Positions 19,965 through 28,915 of a stretch of 39,373 bases of DNA are shown in pieces. The stretch is taken from the NCBI GenBank assembly GCA_003140135.1, contig PLIX01000151.1, positions 1 through 39,373 on the forward strand. Direction: 5' to 3'. This DNA comes from Gammaproteobacteria bacterium. GTDB taxonomy: Bacteria > Pseudomonadota > Gammaproteobacteria > Steroidobacterales > Steroidobacteraceae. Position 1 is the stretch's first letter; every line of letters starts with the position of its first letter. The notes below the pieces were generated by a model. It was not told where the DNA came from, did no database searches, and saw nothing but the letters and a program-made list of their open reading frames with translations. The translations under genes were made by a program, and so were the position numbers.

Positions 19965-22547
19965 TCACGGGGAGGATGCCGCAGCGATAACAGACGGGCG
20001 CTGAATTAACCTCGCGTACATTTCGTGGTGCATCCGGCCTATGACCGACCAATCGAGCGCTTCGGCTCGGCGTCGTCCGGCAGTCGCCATCCTTGCACGG
20101 GCATCCACATCGAGAGCAAGTCGTCGAACGGCCTCGGCGAAAGCACTCGCATCGCCGGCTGGGCAGAGGATGCCGGCATCGTCTCCCACTGCTTCCTTAA
20201 CTCCGCCTACGTCCGTGGATATCACTGGCAGCCCGCAACCCATGGCCTCAAGAACAGCGTTATTGGCCGTCGCATCCGTCAGCGGCAAGAATAAAACGTC
20301 GGCAGACCAATAGGCTTCGAGCAATTCCTCATCCGTCAGTCCTGACCGACAAATCAATTGTGCATGGCGCTTGGAAGCGGGTAAGCGCGGCGAGATCACG
20401 GTCAGTTCAATGGCCAGACCTTCGGCCAGCAGCGATTCAAAGACATCGAATGCAAGGTTCAGATCACGAAGCCAATGTCCCACCAGAAGCATGCGAAATG
20501 TCCCGTCATTCCGTCGCGCGAAGGTCGCAGGCGCCGGCCGGAAAAACGTCGTATCGATTCCATGCGGGATCAGAAAGATTTGCCGAGAATGAACAAATCT
20601 CTCCAAGAAGATCTGCTGAGATTTACAGAGCGCGACTATTCCGTCATAGCGTTTCACTAGTTCTCTACTAATCATCTGGCACAGTAGCGCCGGGGGCTGA
20701 TGAAACGTCGCGACAAGCTTTGGTCGCGTTTTCTCCTTGAACAGCTCTGGCGGAGCCATTGAAAGCAGCCAGCCAGCATGTTCGCCGTCGATGTAATGGA
20801 TCACATCAACTTTATGTGCACTTGCCTCGGCCAAAACTTCCGCTTCGGCGAGCCATGCGTTGCCTTGTTGTCCGAAGGAATTGAGCCCCATCAACGTGCC
20901 TGCCTTGCGGTACGGGCCTGCCATTTCGGCGGCAAGCTCATTTCCAAGCGGCACTGCACAATGTGAGGCGTCGTATGCCAACTTGGGCAGATGGCGAATG
21001 AACTGATACGGACCAGAGTGGGCCGAATGGTGCTCGTGGTAGGTTCGGACGGTTATAAGCCGCGTGCGGCTGGAACGGGTGTCCTTAATCTGAACGGGCA
21101 TGGACTGGACCAAATCCGGATCGGCAGCACGGTCCAGCAGCAATAGATTCACCGGGAACCTAAGGAACTCGCGACCGGGATAAGGATCCCGGTTCACCGG
21201 AGTACGGGCGAACGCCTTCGCCATTCGCACCTGCACGTGAAGCTTTGGCTGAGATAGCCGATGCCCCGCCCCAAGGTAGAGGCTCTTGAGCTGCTCTCCG
21301 ATCAGCTGCGGATTATTTTCGCGCACCACGGCAGAGCGACAATGCCCGCGCATTTCCTCGGAGCCATGATGTTCGCGCGCAAAGCGTAGGATACCGTCCT
21401 TGAAGGCGTCCACCGAACCTGCTTCGGCCACAACCACTCCGGTGTGCCCCTCCCGGACCATCTCAGTCATACCGCCAACGGGGGTGATTATGCATGGCGT
21501 GCCACAAGCGAGAGACTCAATAATGACATTGGGATAGTTGTCCTCGAGGGAGGGCACACATGTGACGTCCGCTATCCCCAGAAGGTCCGTCATAACTTCG
21601 TCGCTGTCGATCTCTCCGAAAGAGATCGGGAGAACGCCGGAAAGCTCAAAAAGCTCAGCCGACTTACCTAAGGTGGCGACGTGTACTCGAGCTCCGTCGG
21701 ACAAAACCGATGCAAGTTCCCCCATTGCCGTGAGTTCGCGCACCGCCTCTACCAGAAAACGGACTCCTTTGCGGCGCTCCACCAGATTCTGGCTACCGAA
21801 CATGATCAGCAGGTCCTCCGGTCTTACGCCGAAGGCGCTGCGCAGCTCCTGCCGATCCTTCAGTGGTGCAAATACATCGAGTTCGACGGGATTCCTGACT
21901 ACGGTGATCGGACGATCCTGAAATATCGCGCTTTGCTTTGCGACGCGCGCCATCCACTCAGAGGGTGTCAGAATATGGAGCGAACCACGCTTTTGATAAC
22001 TCAGCAGCTTTTCAGCGAATCCGTTGGCTATCAGTCCCTGATCGTGCTGCAGTTGCGGGCACTTTATGCACGCCGTGCGGTACTGCTCGCAACCCGCCGG
22101 ATAATGGCATCCTCCGGTCATCGACCAGCAATCATGTAAGGTCCAGAAGACACTCCGCCCTTCGTCGAGCCATGCCGCGATGGTGTTCGGCGTGATGCCC
22201 CAAGTCGGCCAGTGCAGGTGAATAATATCGGCCGCCGTCAACAGACGATGTTGCACAAGGTCAGCGCCCGGGTACGGGATCGATAGAAGGGTATTTGACA
22301 TTGCAGTACGGTGTTCGGCAATAAACTCCCACTGAATGCGTTCCGTGAGCGTGTTGCTCAGAACTTCCGCAGCAGTTACGGTCGAACTCTTCTGTCTCGG
22401 AAGCACTATTTCCATCGGGTTAGCGCTCTCCCCGGTGATACAGACGAATGTCGACGTCAAGCCGGCTGCCTGGCAGGCCAAGCTCGCCCGACGGGCAGCG
22501 CGACCGGCACCACCGTCGGAAGCGTAGGAGAAGTGCGTGACAATCAT
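19965..22547 (-). CDS. Bifunctional glycosyltransferase with two GT4-type (GT-B) halves
   Basis: 860 aa. The first half is MIVTHFSYASDGGAGRAA... with VPSLEDNYPNVIIESLACGTPCIITPVGGMTEMV. The second half has FLPLTDATANNAVLEAMGCGLPVISTDVGGVKEAV. Each half therefore carries the C-terminal GT4 E-x7-E-like helix motif. Confidence 0.85.
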   Translation of the reverse strand: MIVTHFSYASDGGAGRAARRASLACQAAGLTSTFVCITGESANPMEIVLPRQKSSTVTAAEVLSNTLTERIQWEFIAEHRTAMSNTLLSIPYPGADLVQHRLLTAADIIHLHWPTWGITPNTIAAWLDEGRSVFWTLHDCWSMTGGCHYPAGCEQYRTACIKCPQLQHDQGLIANGFAEKLLSYQKRGSLHILTPSEWMARVAKQSAIFQDRPITVVRNPVELDVFAPLKDRQELRSAFGVRPEDLLIMFGSQNLVERRKGVRFLVEAVRELTAMGELASVLSDGARVHVATLGKSAELFELSGVLPISFGEIDSDEVMTDLLGIADVTCVPSLEDNYPNVIIESLACGTPCIITPVGGMTEMVREGHTGVVVAEAGSVDAFKDGILRFAREHHGSEEMRGHCRSAVVRENNPQLIGEQLKSLYLGAGHRLSQPKLHVQVRMAKAFARTPVNRDPYPGREFLRFPVNLLLLDRAADPDLVQSMPVQIKDTRSSRTRLITVRTYHEHHSAHSGPYQFIRHLPKLAYDASHCAVPLGNELAAEMAGPYRKAGTLMGLNSFGQQGNAWLAEAEVLAEASAHKVDVIHYIDGEHAGWLLSMAPPELFKEKTRPKLVATFHQPPALLCQMISRELVKRYDGIVALCKSQQIFLERFVHSRQIFLIPHGIDTTFFRPAPATFARRNDGTFRMLLVGHWLRDLNLAFDVFESLLAEGLAIELTVISPRLPASKRHAQLICRSGLTDEELLEAYWSADVLFLPLTDATANNAVLEAMGCGLPVISTDVGGVKEAVGDDAGILCPAGDASAFAEAVRRLALDVDARARMATAGRRRAEALDWSVIGRMHHEMYARLIQRPSVIAAASSP

Positions 22548-22805
22548 GTCGGATGCTTATGAGTCAGCGTCTTCGTCGCGCGCTTATCACGCCGAGCTTT
22601 TGATTCGTTCATGGGCTTCGTCTAATGCTACTGCAGAGGGTTACATCACCGGCGAGCGCGCCGCTCAAAAGTTTCAGGCCGCCGCGCGACACCATCGCAT
22701 CCCCGAACCGTGCGCGCCGATCTACTCGTTTCTTTGGTCGAATCGTTTCAGCGCGGCTCAACTTCAGGTTTGTGAATAATGGCTCCGTCTCATGCAGTGA
22801 ATGAG

Positions 22806-25400
22806 TTATGCCTCCGCCGCGGTCTCTGCCTGAACCCATGCCAGTGCAACGCCCAGTGTCCGGTCATCTTTACCTCCGTCCTCCGAAGGTCGGAACAGGC
22901 GCGCTACCCGCAGCGTCACCTGTGTGGGGTCACTGTCTGACTGTACTCTCAGGGGTCCGGCAGCAAAGGCGGCAATACTCCCTGCAACTTCACGCAATGG
23001 ATATATTTCGCCATCCACTTCGATGGCAAGATCAGCCGGGCGATTCTTGCCCAACGAGGTGATGCGGAACGTTAAAACGACGGGCCGAGCTCTATTAATC
23101 CATAACGTGAAACGGCAGTCCGGTCCGGGACCCGTCCACCTGAAGGCGGAGCCGTCCTGGGCATATTCCAACTTGTAGAACCCTTTGGATCCTCGAGGAA
23201 GAGCTTTGACGGTAATGAGTGTTCCTTCGCGATCTTGGCGGCGCGATTCGTTGGGTTCGTCGCTGAGAGACCGCTGCTCCTGGCTATGAGCTTCAACGGA
23301 GCTAGGCGGCCCGGACTGGGTTCCGCCTGACTCGGCGGCTGTACTTGACTGCTCCGTGGGGCCGCCGGCGAGCACAGGGACCTCTTCCGATTCCGAGACG
23401 AGCAGATTGGCGATCCAGACCTGTGAGTCGGGGCCTGGCCGAAAAACAAGATCCCAATCGGCCCAGTAACCTATGGCCGCCAGGATATCCGGGCCGCATT
23501 TTACCTTCATAGCCCAACTGTTGTTCCCGGTCGCGAAGCCATCAACTCGCATGGGAATACCGTTCACGTAAACTTCTATCGCTCGGGCAGCTTCCGGACC
23601 CCCGCTGGTTATGGCCGTAAAATGTAGCCAGTTATCCACGTGCGGGTTCATCAGCGCTCGCCCCGACACCACTCGATCGAGGAGGAAGTTCCCCGCTTCG
23701 GCGTTCGTTACGCTAGAAAGGATCTCGAGCTCCCCCGGCCGCGAGATTCGTTCGGCCGTCTCGCCCGGGGAAACGCGGACGCTCCGAACCAGTAGACCCA
23801 GCGTCCGGGTCTCTCCCAGAAGCACAGATGCCCAAGGCAGCTCAACGCGCACTCGCACCGCCGGGCTGTGACGGTTGCCAGCCCCGAAAATGGCAAGACT
23901 TCCGGAAATCCCGGTTTCGGGCAGATTGGCACGGGTCGGAACTTCCCGCTCATCGGCGAAGGCACGTGCCCGTGTCATCTGCTCTTTGCCGATGAAGCGC
24001 TCCACCTCGACATCGACCCGCCAAGGATCATCGAAGGGCCAAGTGAAGCCAATCTCAAAACTCTTGCTGACCCAGCGCACGATGTGGCCGTTCAGCGTTT
24101 CCGGAAACGACCACCCCTCCTGCCCGATGTCCTCAAGTGGAAGGAACGAGGATCGTGGGTGAGGCATCAGACTCGCCGCAAGCATGCGCGGTGCCCAAAG
24201 ACGTCCGATCTGGTCCATCAAAGCGCCCACGCCATTATGAACCTGATAACGTTCGGCGGCTTCCAAGGACTGCGCCTGGAGCGATGACAGGGCCTGCGAA
24301 AAATCCGAAAAGCTCCCGATGATTCCGTCCACGCTGAAATCATTGTAGGTCCTGTACCCGGCGCCCCATTCCCGAGCTTCGAACTCCAGCCAGGTATCGG
24401 CGGCCACGAGCATCGGCAAACCGAGGCTGATCGCCTCCCACACAACACCGGAGGATTTGCGCGCGTACACGACAGGATCGTAGGTCGAGACGAAGCAGTC
24501 AGCCCTGTCCATGAGCTCCAAGTAATCCTTGCGCGATAGGCGGCCCGTTTGCAGAACCAGGTTTGTGTGCCGCGGGGCAACGCCAAGCATGAGGTTTTCA
24601 TACGCCTTCAACGCCGCTCCCCAGGACGGTCCCGAATTGGCGTGGATTAGGAAATCCCAACTCGGGTACATCGCACACAGCCGATCCGCTAGCTCCGGGA
24701 TAAGCGTAAAGCCCTTATCGACTTTAGCGTCTCCGGCGAACAACAACGCGGCGGGCCTCCCGGTGCCCCTTTGCGAGTTTGCACTCCTCGGATCGTACGG
24801 AATCGGATGCGCCGCGACCGTATAACCGGCCAATTCTGAAAACTCGCGCGCGAGTTGTCTTCCGCCGCCAAAGAAATGAATGGGTGGCCCGGACTCCGCG
24901 GCTCGACGGAACGCGAGCCGGTAGAAGAGGGCACGAAACGGGTCCTCGACGGTCCGCCCACCCGTCTCATTCGGAAAACCCAACCCCGATGGAAACATTA
25001 GGTACAACACGAATAACGGGGCACGCGCTGCGTCGAAAGTCCTCATCCATGATACGTAACCGAGAAGGTGGTTTTCGCTAAGCGTTGGAACGAGAACAGC
25101 GTCAGCCGTACGCATCCGATCGCGCGGGATCAGCGTCAACTCGCTCGCCAACGTGTCGTTGAAATAAGTAAAATCGTCGAACCTGCCGAGGATGCGGTCT
25201 TTGGACCTGCATTCGTACGTGGAATGCGAGAACAAACGAACGATCTCGAGTTTCTCTTTGCTGGCAATCGGACAGTCGCGGTGCGCAAAGATGAGCACGT
25301 CCTGCTCCCGATCACGTGCCCCCGCGGCAATCGCCAGGTCCCATTCCATATGGTGTCCGTGCGGATGAGCGAGGTTGGGATCAAGAATGATCAGTGTCAT
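22806..25400 (-). CDS. GT-B-like glycosyltransferase domain (about 420 aa) fused to repeated beta-rich C-terminal modules
   Basis: I place the start at ATG 25400 (MTLIILDPNLAHPHGHH), which forms an ATGA overlap with the upstream stop. The GT-B-like segment is LLFAGDAKVDKGF..STYDPVVYARKSSGVVWEAISLGLPMLVAADTW. The C-terminal half has no family I can name and carries repeated G[WF]xxxE..RW....RTLG modules and a Ser/Glu/Gln linker. Confidence 0.65.
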   Translation of the reverse strand: MTLIILDPNLAHPHGHHMEWDLAIAAGARDREQDVLIFAHRDCPIASKEKLEIVRLFSHSTYECRSKDRILGRFDDFTYFNDTLASELTLIPRDRMRTADAVLVPTLSENHLLGYVSWMRTFDAARAPLFVLYLMFPSGLGFPNETGGRTVEDPFRALFYRLAFRRAAESGPPIHFFGGGRQLAREFSELAGYTVAAHPIPYDPRSANSQRGTGRPAALLFAGDAKVDKGFTLIPELADRLCAMYPSWDFLIHANSGPSWGAALKAYENLMLGVAPRHTNLVLQTGRLSRKDYLELMDRADCFVSTYDPVVYARKSSGVVWEAISLGLPMLVAADTWLEFEAREWGAGYRTYNDFSVDGIIGSFSDFSQALSSLQAQSLEAAERYQVHNGVGALMDQIGRLWAPRMLAASLMPHPRSSFLPLEDIGQEGWSFPETLNGHIVRWVSKSFEIGFTWPFDDPWRVDVEVERFIGKEQMTRARAFADEREVPTRANLPETGISGSLAIFGAGNRHSPAVRVRVELPWASVLLGETRTLGLLVRSVRVSPGETAERISRPGELEILSSVTNAEAGNFLLDRVVSGRALMNPHVDNWLHFTAITSGGPEAARAIEVYVNGIPMRVDGFATGNNSWAMKVKCGPDILAAIGYWADWDLVFRPGPDSQVWIANLLVSESEEVPVLAGGPTEQSSTAAESGGTQSGPPSSVEAHSQEQRSLSDEPNESRRQDREGTLITVKALPRGSKGFYKLEYAQDGSAFRWTGPGPDCRFTLWINRARPVVLTFRITSLGKNRPADLAIEVDGEIYPLREVAGSIAAFAAGPLRVQSDSDPTQVTLRVARLFRPSEDGGKDDRTLGVALAWVQAETAAEA

Positions 25401-25963
25401 GGCGTCCCTTGCTTCTGGCACAGCGCCGCGATCAAGGCGCCCAGCTTGTTCGATCGGTGCAGCGGGTGATCTGCCAGGTGCCGCAACAGCGCGACGGCGG
25501 CGGTGATCGCATCCGCCTGAATGGGCCCCTCGAGCGATGCTAAGGCAATCTCCGCCACCGAATCGGAAAGCGCCGCGCTAGCAAAGCTTTCAACCAACGC
25601 AGCGGGGTCGCTGTGGTTGACGCCCTGAATTTCGCCGATACCACCACTCAAGCTGGTCGGCAGCACACGCCGCCAAAGGTCCGAGCTATGTGGTCGGGAA
25701 TGGCTCCAGATGGCGAGCTGCGGCGGAGGGCTGCTTGTCTCGATCCTAAGCTGTGCACCGCCGCGTCCGGACAGGTCGGCGGCTCCGTGCAGATCCCGCC
25801 CTACGGCGATGAGAGGGACCTCCCGTTCCTCTGGGTCGACCAGTCGGACGAATGCCGTGGCGGCTTCGACCCAGTTTCGGCCGGAAACCACAATCCGGCT
25901 TGTTCCCAGGCGTAGCGGATCAGCGAAGACAAAACCCCTTCCACTTTGGTGGTGTTTCCACAT
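25397..25963 (-). CDS. Hypothetical protein (188 aa), first gene of the minus-strand glycosyltransferase string
   Basis: ORF only. The ATGA stop/start overlap with the downstream gene supports coupling. I saw no Shine-Dalgarno upstream of ATG 25963 and no recognisable motif. Confidence 0.4.
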   Translation of the reverse strand: MWKHHQSGRGFVFADPLRLGTSRIVVSGRNWVEAATAFVRLVDPEEREVPLIAVGRDLHGAADLSGRGGAQLRIETSSPPPQLAIWSHSRPHSSDLWRRVLPTSLSGGIGEIQGVNHSDPAALVESFASAALSDSVAEIALASLEGPIQADAITAAVALLRHLADHPLHRSNKLGALIAALCQKQGTP

Positions 25964-27421
25964 GGAGGGATCAACGAGGGTAAGTATTCTGAATCTCCCT
26001 TTTTCGTGTGCTCGACCCTATCTAAATTGCTTTGGTGCGATCGATGATGCACGCAAGCAAACCGTAGGAGATTGGGATTCCTAGGACTGGCGGCCAGCAA
26101 CCGGCGCCAAGAGCGGTTCCGGGCCGCCCGTTGTCGTAACGGCGCAGCCGACGCTCGGGCACGCGCTGTAGCGCCTGCTGCAGTGCACCATATAGTCCGG
26201 AGCAATCCGACGTCCTGAACTTCCGACGGCCCGAACGGCTCGCCGCGATCATCTCCATGCCATCTTGGCGTAGCTCCGTGTCCAGTTTACCGCCGTCGCA
26301 GGCTTGATCGCCAATCGGATTGATGACTTCGCTTCAAACGTGAAGAAGTCTAAATACAGCTGCACGGGCCTGCCTTCACGATGGTTCGCCGCGTGCGTAT
26401 CACGCGCCAGCAAGACGTCAAGTCGATTCATACTCGCCATGATTCTTTCACGTCGCAGCGTCGTCGTCCCAAATTCTTCCCGCCGTTCTCAGTCGACGCG
26501 AATATCACGTCATTAAGCGCGTCCGGCTTATCCATTGCTCCTTACCTCTCGTAACGCATTGGTTACCTTGGTGAAGACATCGCGCAATAGCGCGTCCCGC
26601 TGCTACCGCCGAAAGGGTTGATGCACCGTTTGTAGTCCGAACAGCACTGCGGCACCATGTACCTATTCGCATCAGTATTCAGCAATCTAAATTACATCTT
26701 TCGGCGTGTAACGCGAAGCCATGATCGCCAGTCTGAAACAGAAAAGTTAGCGATTCCCCTCCAGGAAATGCGCGGCAAAAGGCGCCAGGGCTAAGAATCG
26801 GGAGAACCGTTCAGAAGAAAAGCACTTCTCACGAGCCCGGCGGGTTCCTCGAAGCAAGATTGTGACGCGTCTAAAGCGCGACGGAATCTGGCCTTGAGGT
26901 ATTGACTAGATCCACGATTATGTCGAATTCCACCACCGCGGAAGGGATGGGCGCTGCGACGAGGGGTATATCACGCGACCGCACCAAACGGGGGCGCCGG
27001 CTACGTCTTTGGCCGCGAACGCGTTGCCGACGTGATGCACCTCGGCCACTAAGATTGCGGAGCAAAGGACCAGGAGGAAAAGATTAGGAGCACTATAGCT
27101 ATCGTCCTCGGTGAGTGGGGAGGAGATTGGGAATCGCCCCGTCAGCCTCTTCAATCGGGCGAGGCAGAGCGGAAAACATATTGTTCTTGCGCGCCGTTTT
27201 GTCTTAATTGCAGCGTACTGTTTTCGACCCGTCATGACCCACAATTGCAACAACGAAGATGCCGAAGCCTTCTACATAACTCGGAAGACTTAATTCTTCA
27301 ATCTCCCGGTGATGATATATTTTATGAGCCCTTTGAAGGTGTTGGTCAAGTGTGGGACACAGAGAACCATCGTGAGAATTACAACCATAACGAATCCAAA
27401 ATGCGACGGAGTGTCAGATAG

Positions 27422-28240
27422 ATGGCCAAAGAGATCTTGATCGACGATCAGGGCAAGACGAGGGTAGAAATAGAAGTTCCGAAACCCGATGCTCTACCGA
27501 GCGTGCTGACCTTTGCGTACCATAAATCCGGCAGCGTCATGTTTGACGACATTCTTCAGACATTGGCAGCTGAGGGCGGCAGAGCGTATGTGAATCTCGA
27601 GAAGCAACTATTTGAGCAGGGTCATCGGGTCGATCAATTTCAAAGGACGATGTTGCCTTTTCTTAGCAAGAGCGGATTCGTTTTCGGTGCTTTTCGGGAC
27701 TACATTGATTGCCTTAGACCCGCGGCAGAATGCCAACGGAAACGGGTATTCCTCATTAGGGATCCCAGAGATGCTGTCGTGTCGTCTTATTACTCCTTGC
27801 GCAAAAGTCATTGGGTGCCACCCAATGGCGACGCCCGTGAGAGCCTATTGGCCGCTCGTGAGCGCTATTCCCAGCTAGGCTTAGAGGAAGCAATTCTTCG
27901 GAATGATTTCGAGTTTCTTTTTAAGAACATGTTGCGATTTGGGACAATGCTGCGAGATTATCCGGGAGTGGTTTACAGGTATGAGGAAATAATTTTCCGA
28001 AAGGCCGAGTGGATTCACGCACTTGCCTCAGAATTAGAACTCCCACTCAAGTCCGATGTACTCAATGCGTTGCTGCGAAAGCACGACGTTTTCCCATCCG
28101 AAGATAATGAGACTGCTCATGTTCGGCATGTGTCCCCTGGCGACTATCTGAACAAATTGAGTCCTGGCGTTATCGAGCACATTGAGCATCGCTATAAAGA
28201 CCTGTTCGAGATCCTTGGATACCCACTAACTGCGAGTTGA
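27422..28240 (+). CDS. Sulfotransferase family protein (PAPS-dependent, putative carbohydrate sulfotransferase)
   Basis: 272 aa. It has a 5'-phosphosulfate-binding loop variant FAYHKSGSVMF (canonical PKxGTT) and a 3'-phosphate-binding motif VFLIRDPRDAVVSSYYS (canonical RNPxDxxVSxY). GGAG lies about 10 nt upstream of the ATG. Confidence 0.8.
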   Translation: MAKEILIDDQGKTRVEIEVPKPDALPSVLTFAYHKSGSVMFDDILQTLAAEGGRAYVNLEKQLFEQGHRVDQFQRTMLPFLSKSGFVFGAFRDYIDCLRPAAECQRKRVFLIRDPRDAVVSSYYSLRKSHWVPPNGDARESLLAARERYSQLGLEEAILRNDFEFLFKNMLRFGTMLRDYPGVVYRYEEIIFRKAEWIHALASELELPLKSDVLNALLRKHDVFPSEDNETAHVRHVSPGDYLNKLSPGVIEHIEHRYKDLFEILGYPLTAS

Positions 28241-28300
28241 CGATTTTGGTCTTCTAATGATTAGGACGAAGTTGGGTTCGAGGTCGTCCGCCCGCTGACG

Positions 28301-28915
28301 TTGAATCCGCCAAAGTCGGGCATCGGCTTGGGCATCGTAGCGAGGGCAGGCTACTCGAGAATGAAAGTGCGAAAGATCCATTGCAATATCTGGTGCCGAG
28401 TCCTGTCGTCGGCCTTACCAAGCAGAGGCGCTTCTGCGACGTGCCGAGTTCTGGATTTTACGAAAGAGTTCACGACGTGCCGCAACGTGAGACAAAAGCT
28501 TCCAGCTCGCGCTCGCCATAATCATCGTAATTGGGACCACGACCGCAACTGTCTGCGAGGTCAACGGTTGATGATGCAGCAACCTCGCCCGGACGACCTT
28601 GTTATTGCGACCCGCCAGAAGTACCCGGTACGGACATTGCGCGCCAACGCAAGGAGTTATCTTGGCTTGCGAGTTGGATGGCGCCGTGCCGTTCTTAATG
28701 AAACCGGCCTCCAGACCGCCTTCATGCAAGCCGACTTACGATACTCTCAATTGATGGACGCGGGTTCCCCGTTCTGCGTCGATCCAAAAGTGCGGTCCGA
28801 TCTCGACTCGAGACGTCAGATCTCGTTCGCCGAGATGGTAACGACGGACGTTGCGCGCGGTGAGCGGGATATGATCGTCGACGACGAGCGCAAGATATCC
28901 CGCCCCTATGAATAA
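28301..28915 (+). pseudogene. gmd: Decayed 3' remnant of GDP-mannose 4,6-dehydratase
   Basis: The open frame reads ..RNWDHDRNCLRGQRLMMQQPRPDDLVIATRQKYPVRTLRANARSYLGL..CVDPKV..ISFAEMVTTDVA. E. coli Gmd reads ..[74 protein letters not shown]. The Rossmann and catalytic N-terminal half (about 165 aa) is absent, many conserved residues are replaced, and part of the C-terminus is deleted. It overlaps the fcl start by 8 nt. Confidence 0.6.

Noticed and set aside
22537-22779. 80-aa plus-strand ORF in the spacer between the two large glycosyltransferase genes
   Set aside because: It runs opposite to the surrounding operon, overlaps the start of the double-GT4 gene and has no motifs.
26066-27132. Repeated 12-mer AGGAGATTGGGA at 26066-26077 and 27121-27132
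   Set aside because: Exact 12-mers are expected several times by chance in 39 kb when both strands are counted. The flanking bases differ.
28415-28729. 104-aa minus-strand ORF
   Set aside because: It lies antisense to the gmd-derived frame, which shows specific similarity to Gmd.
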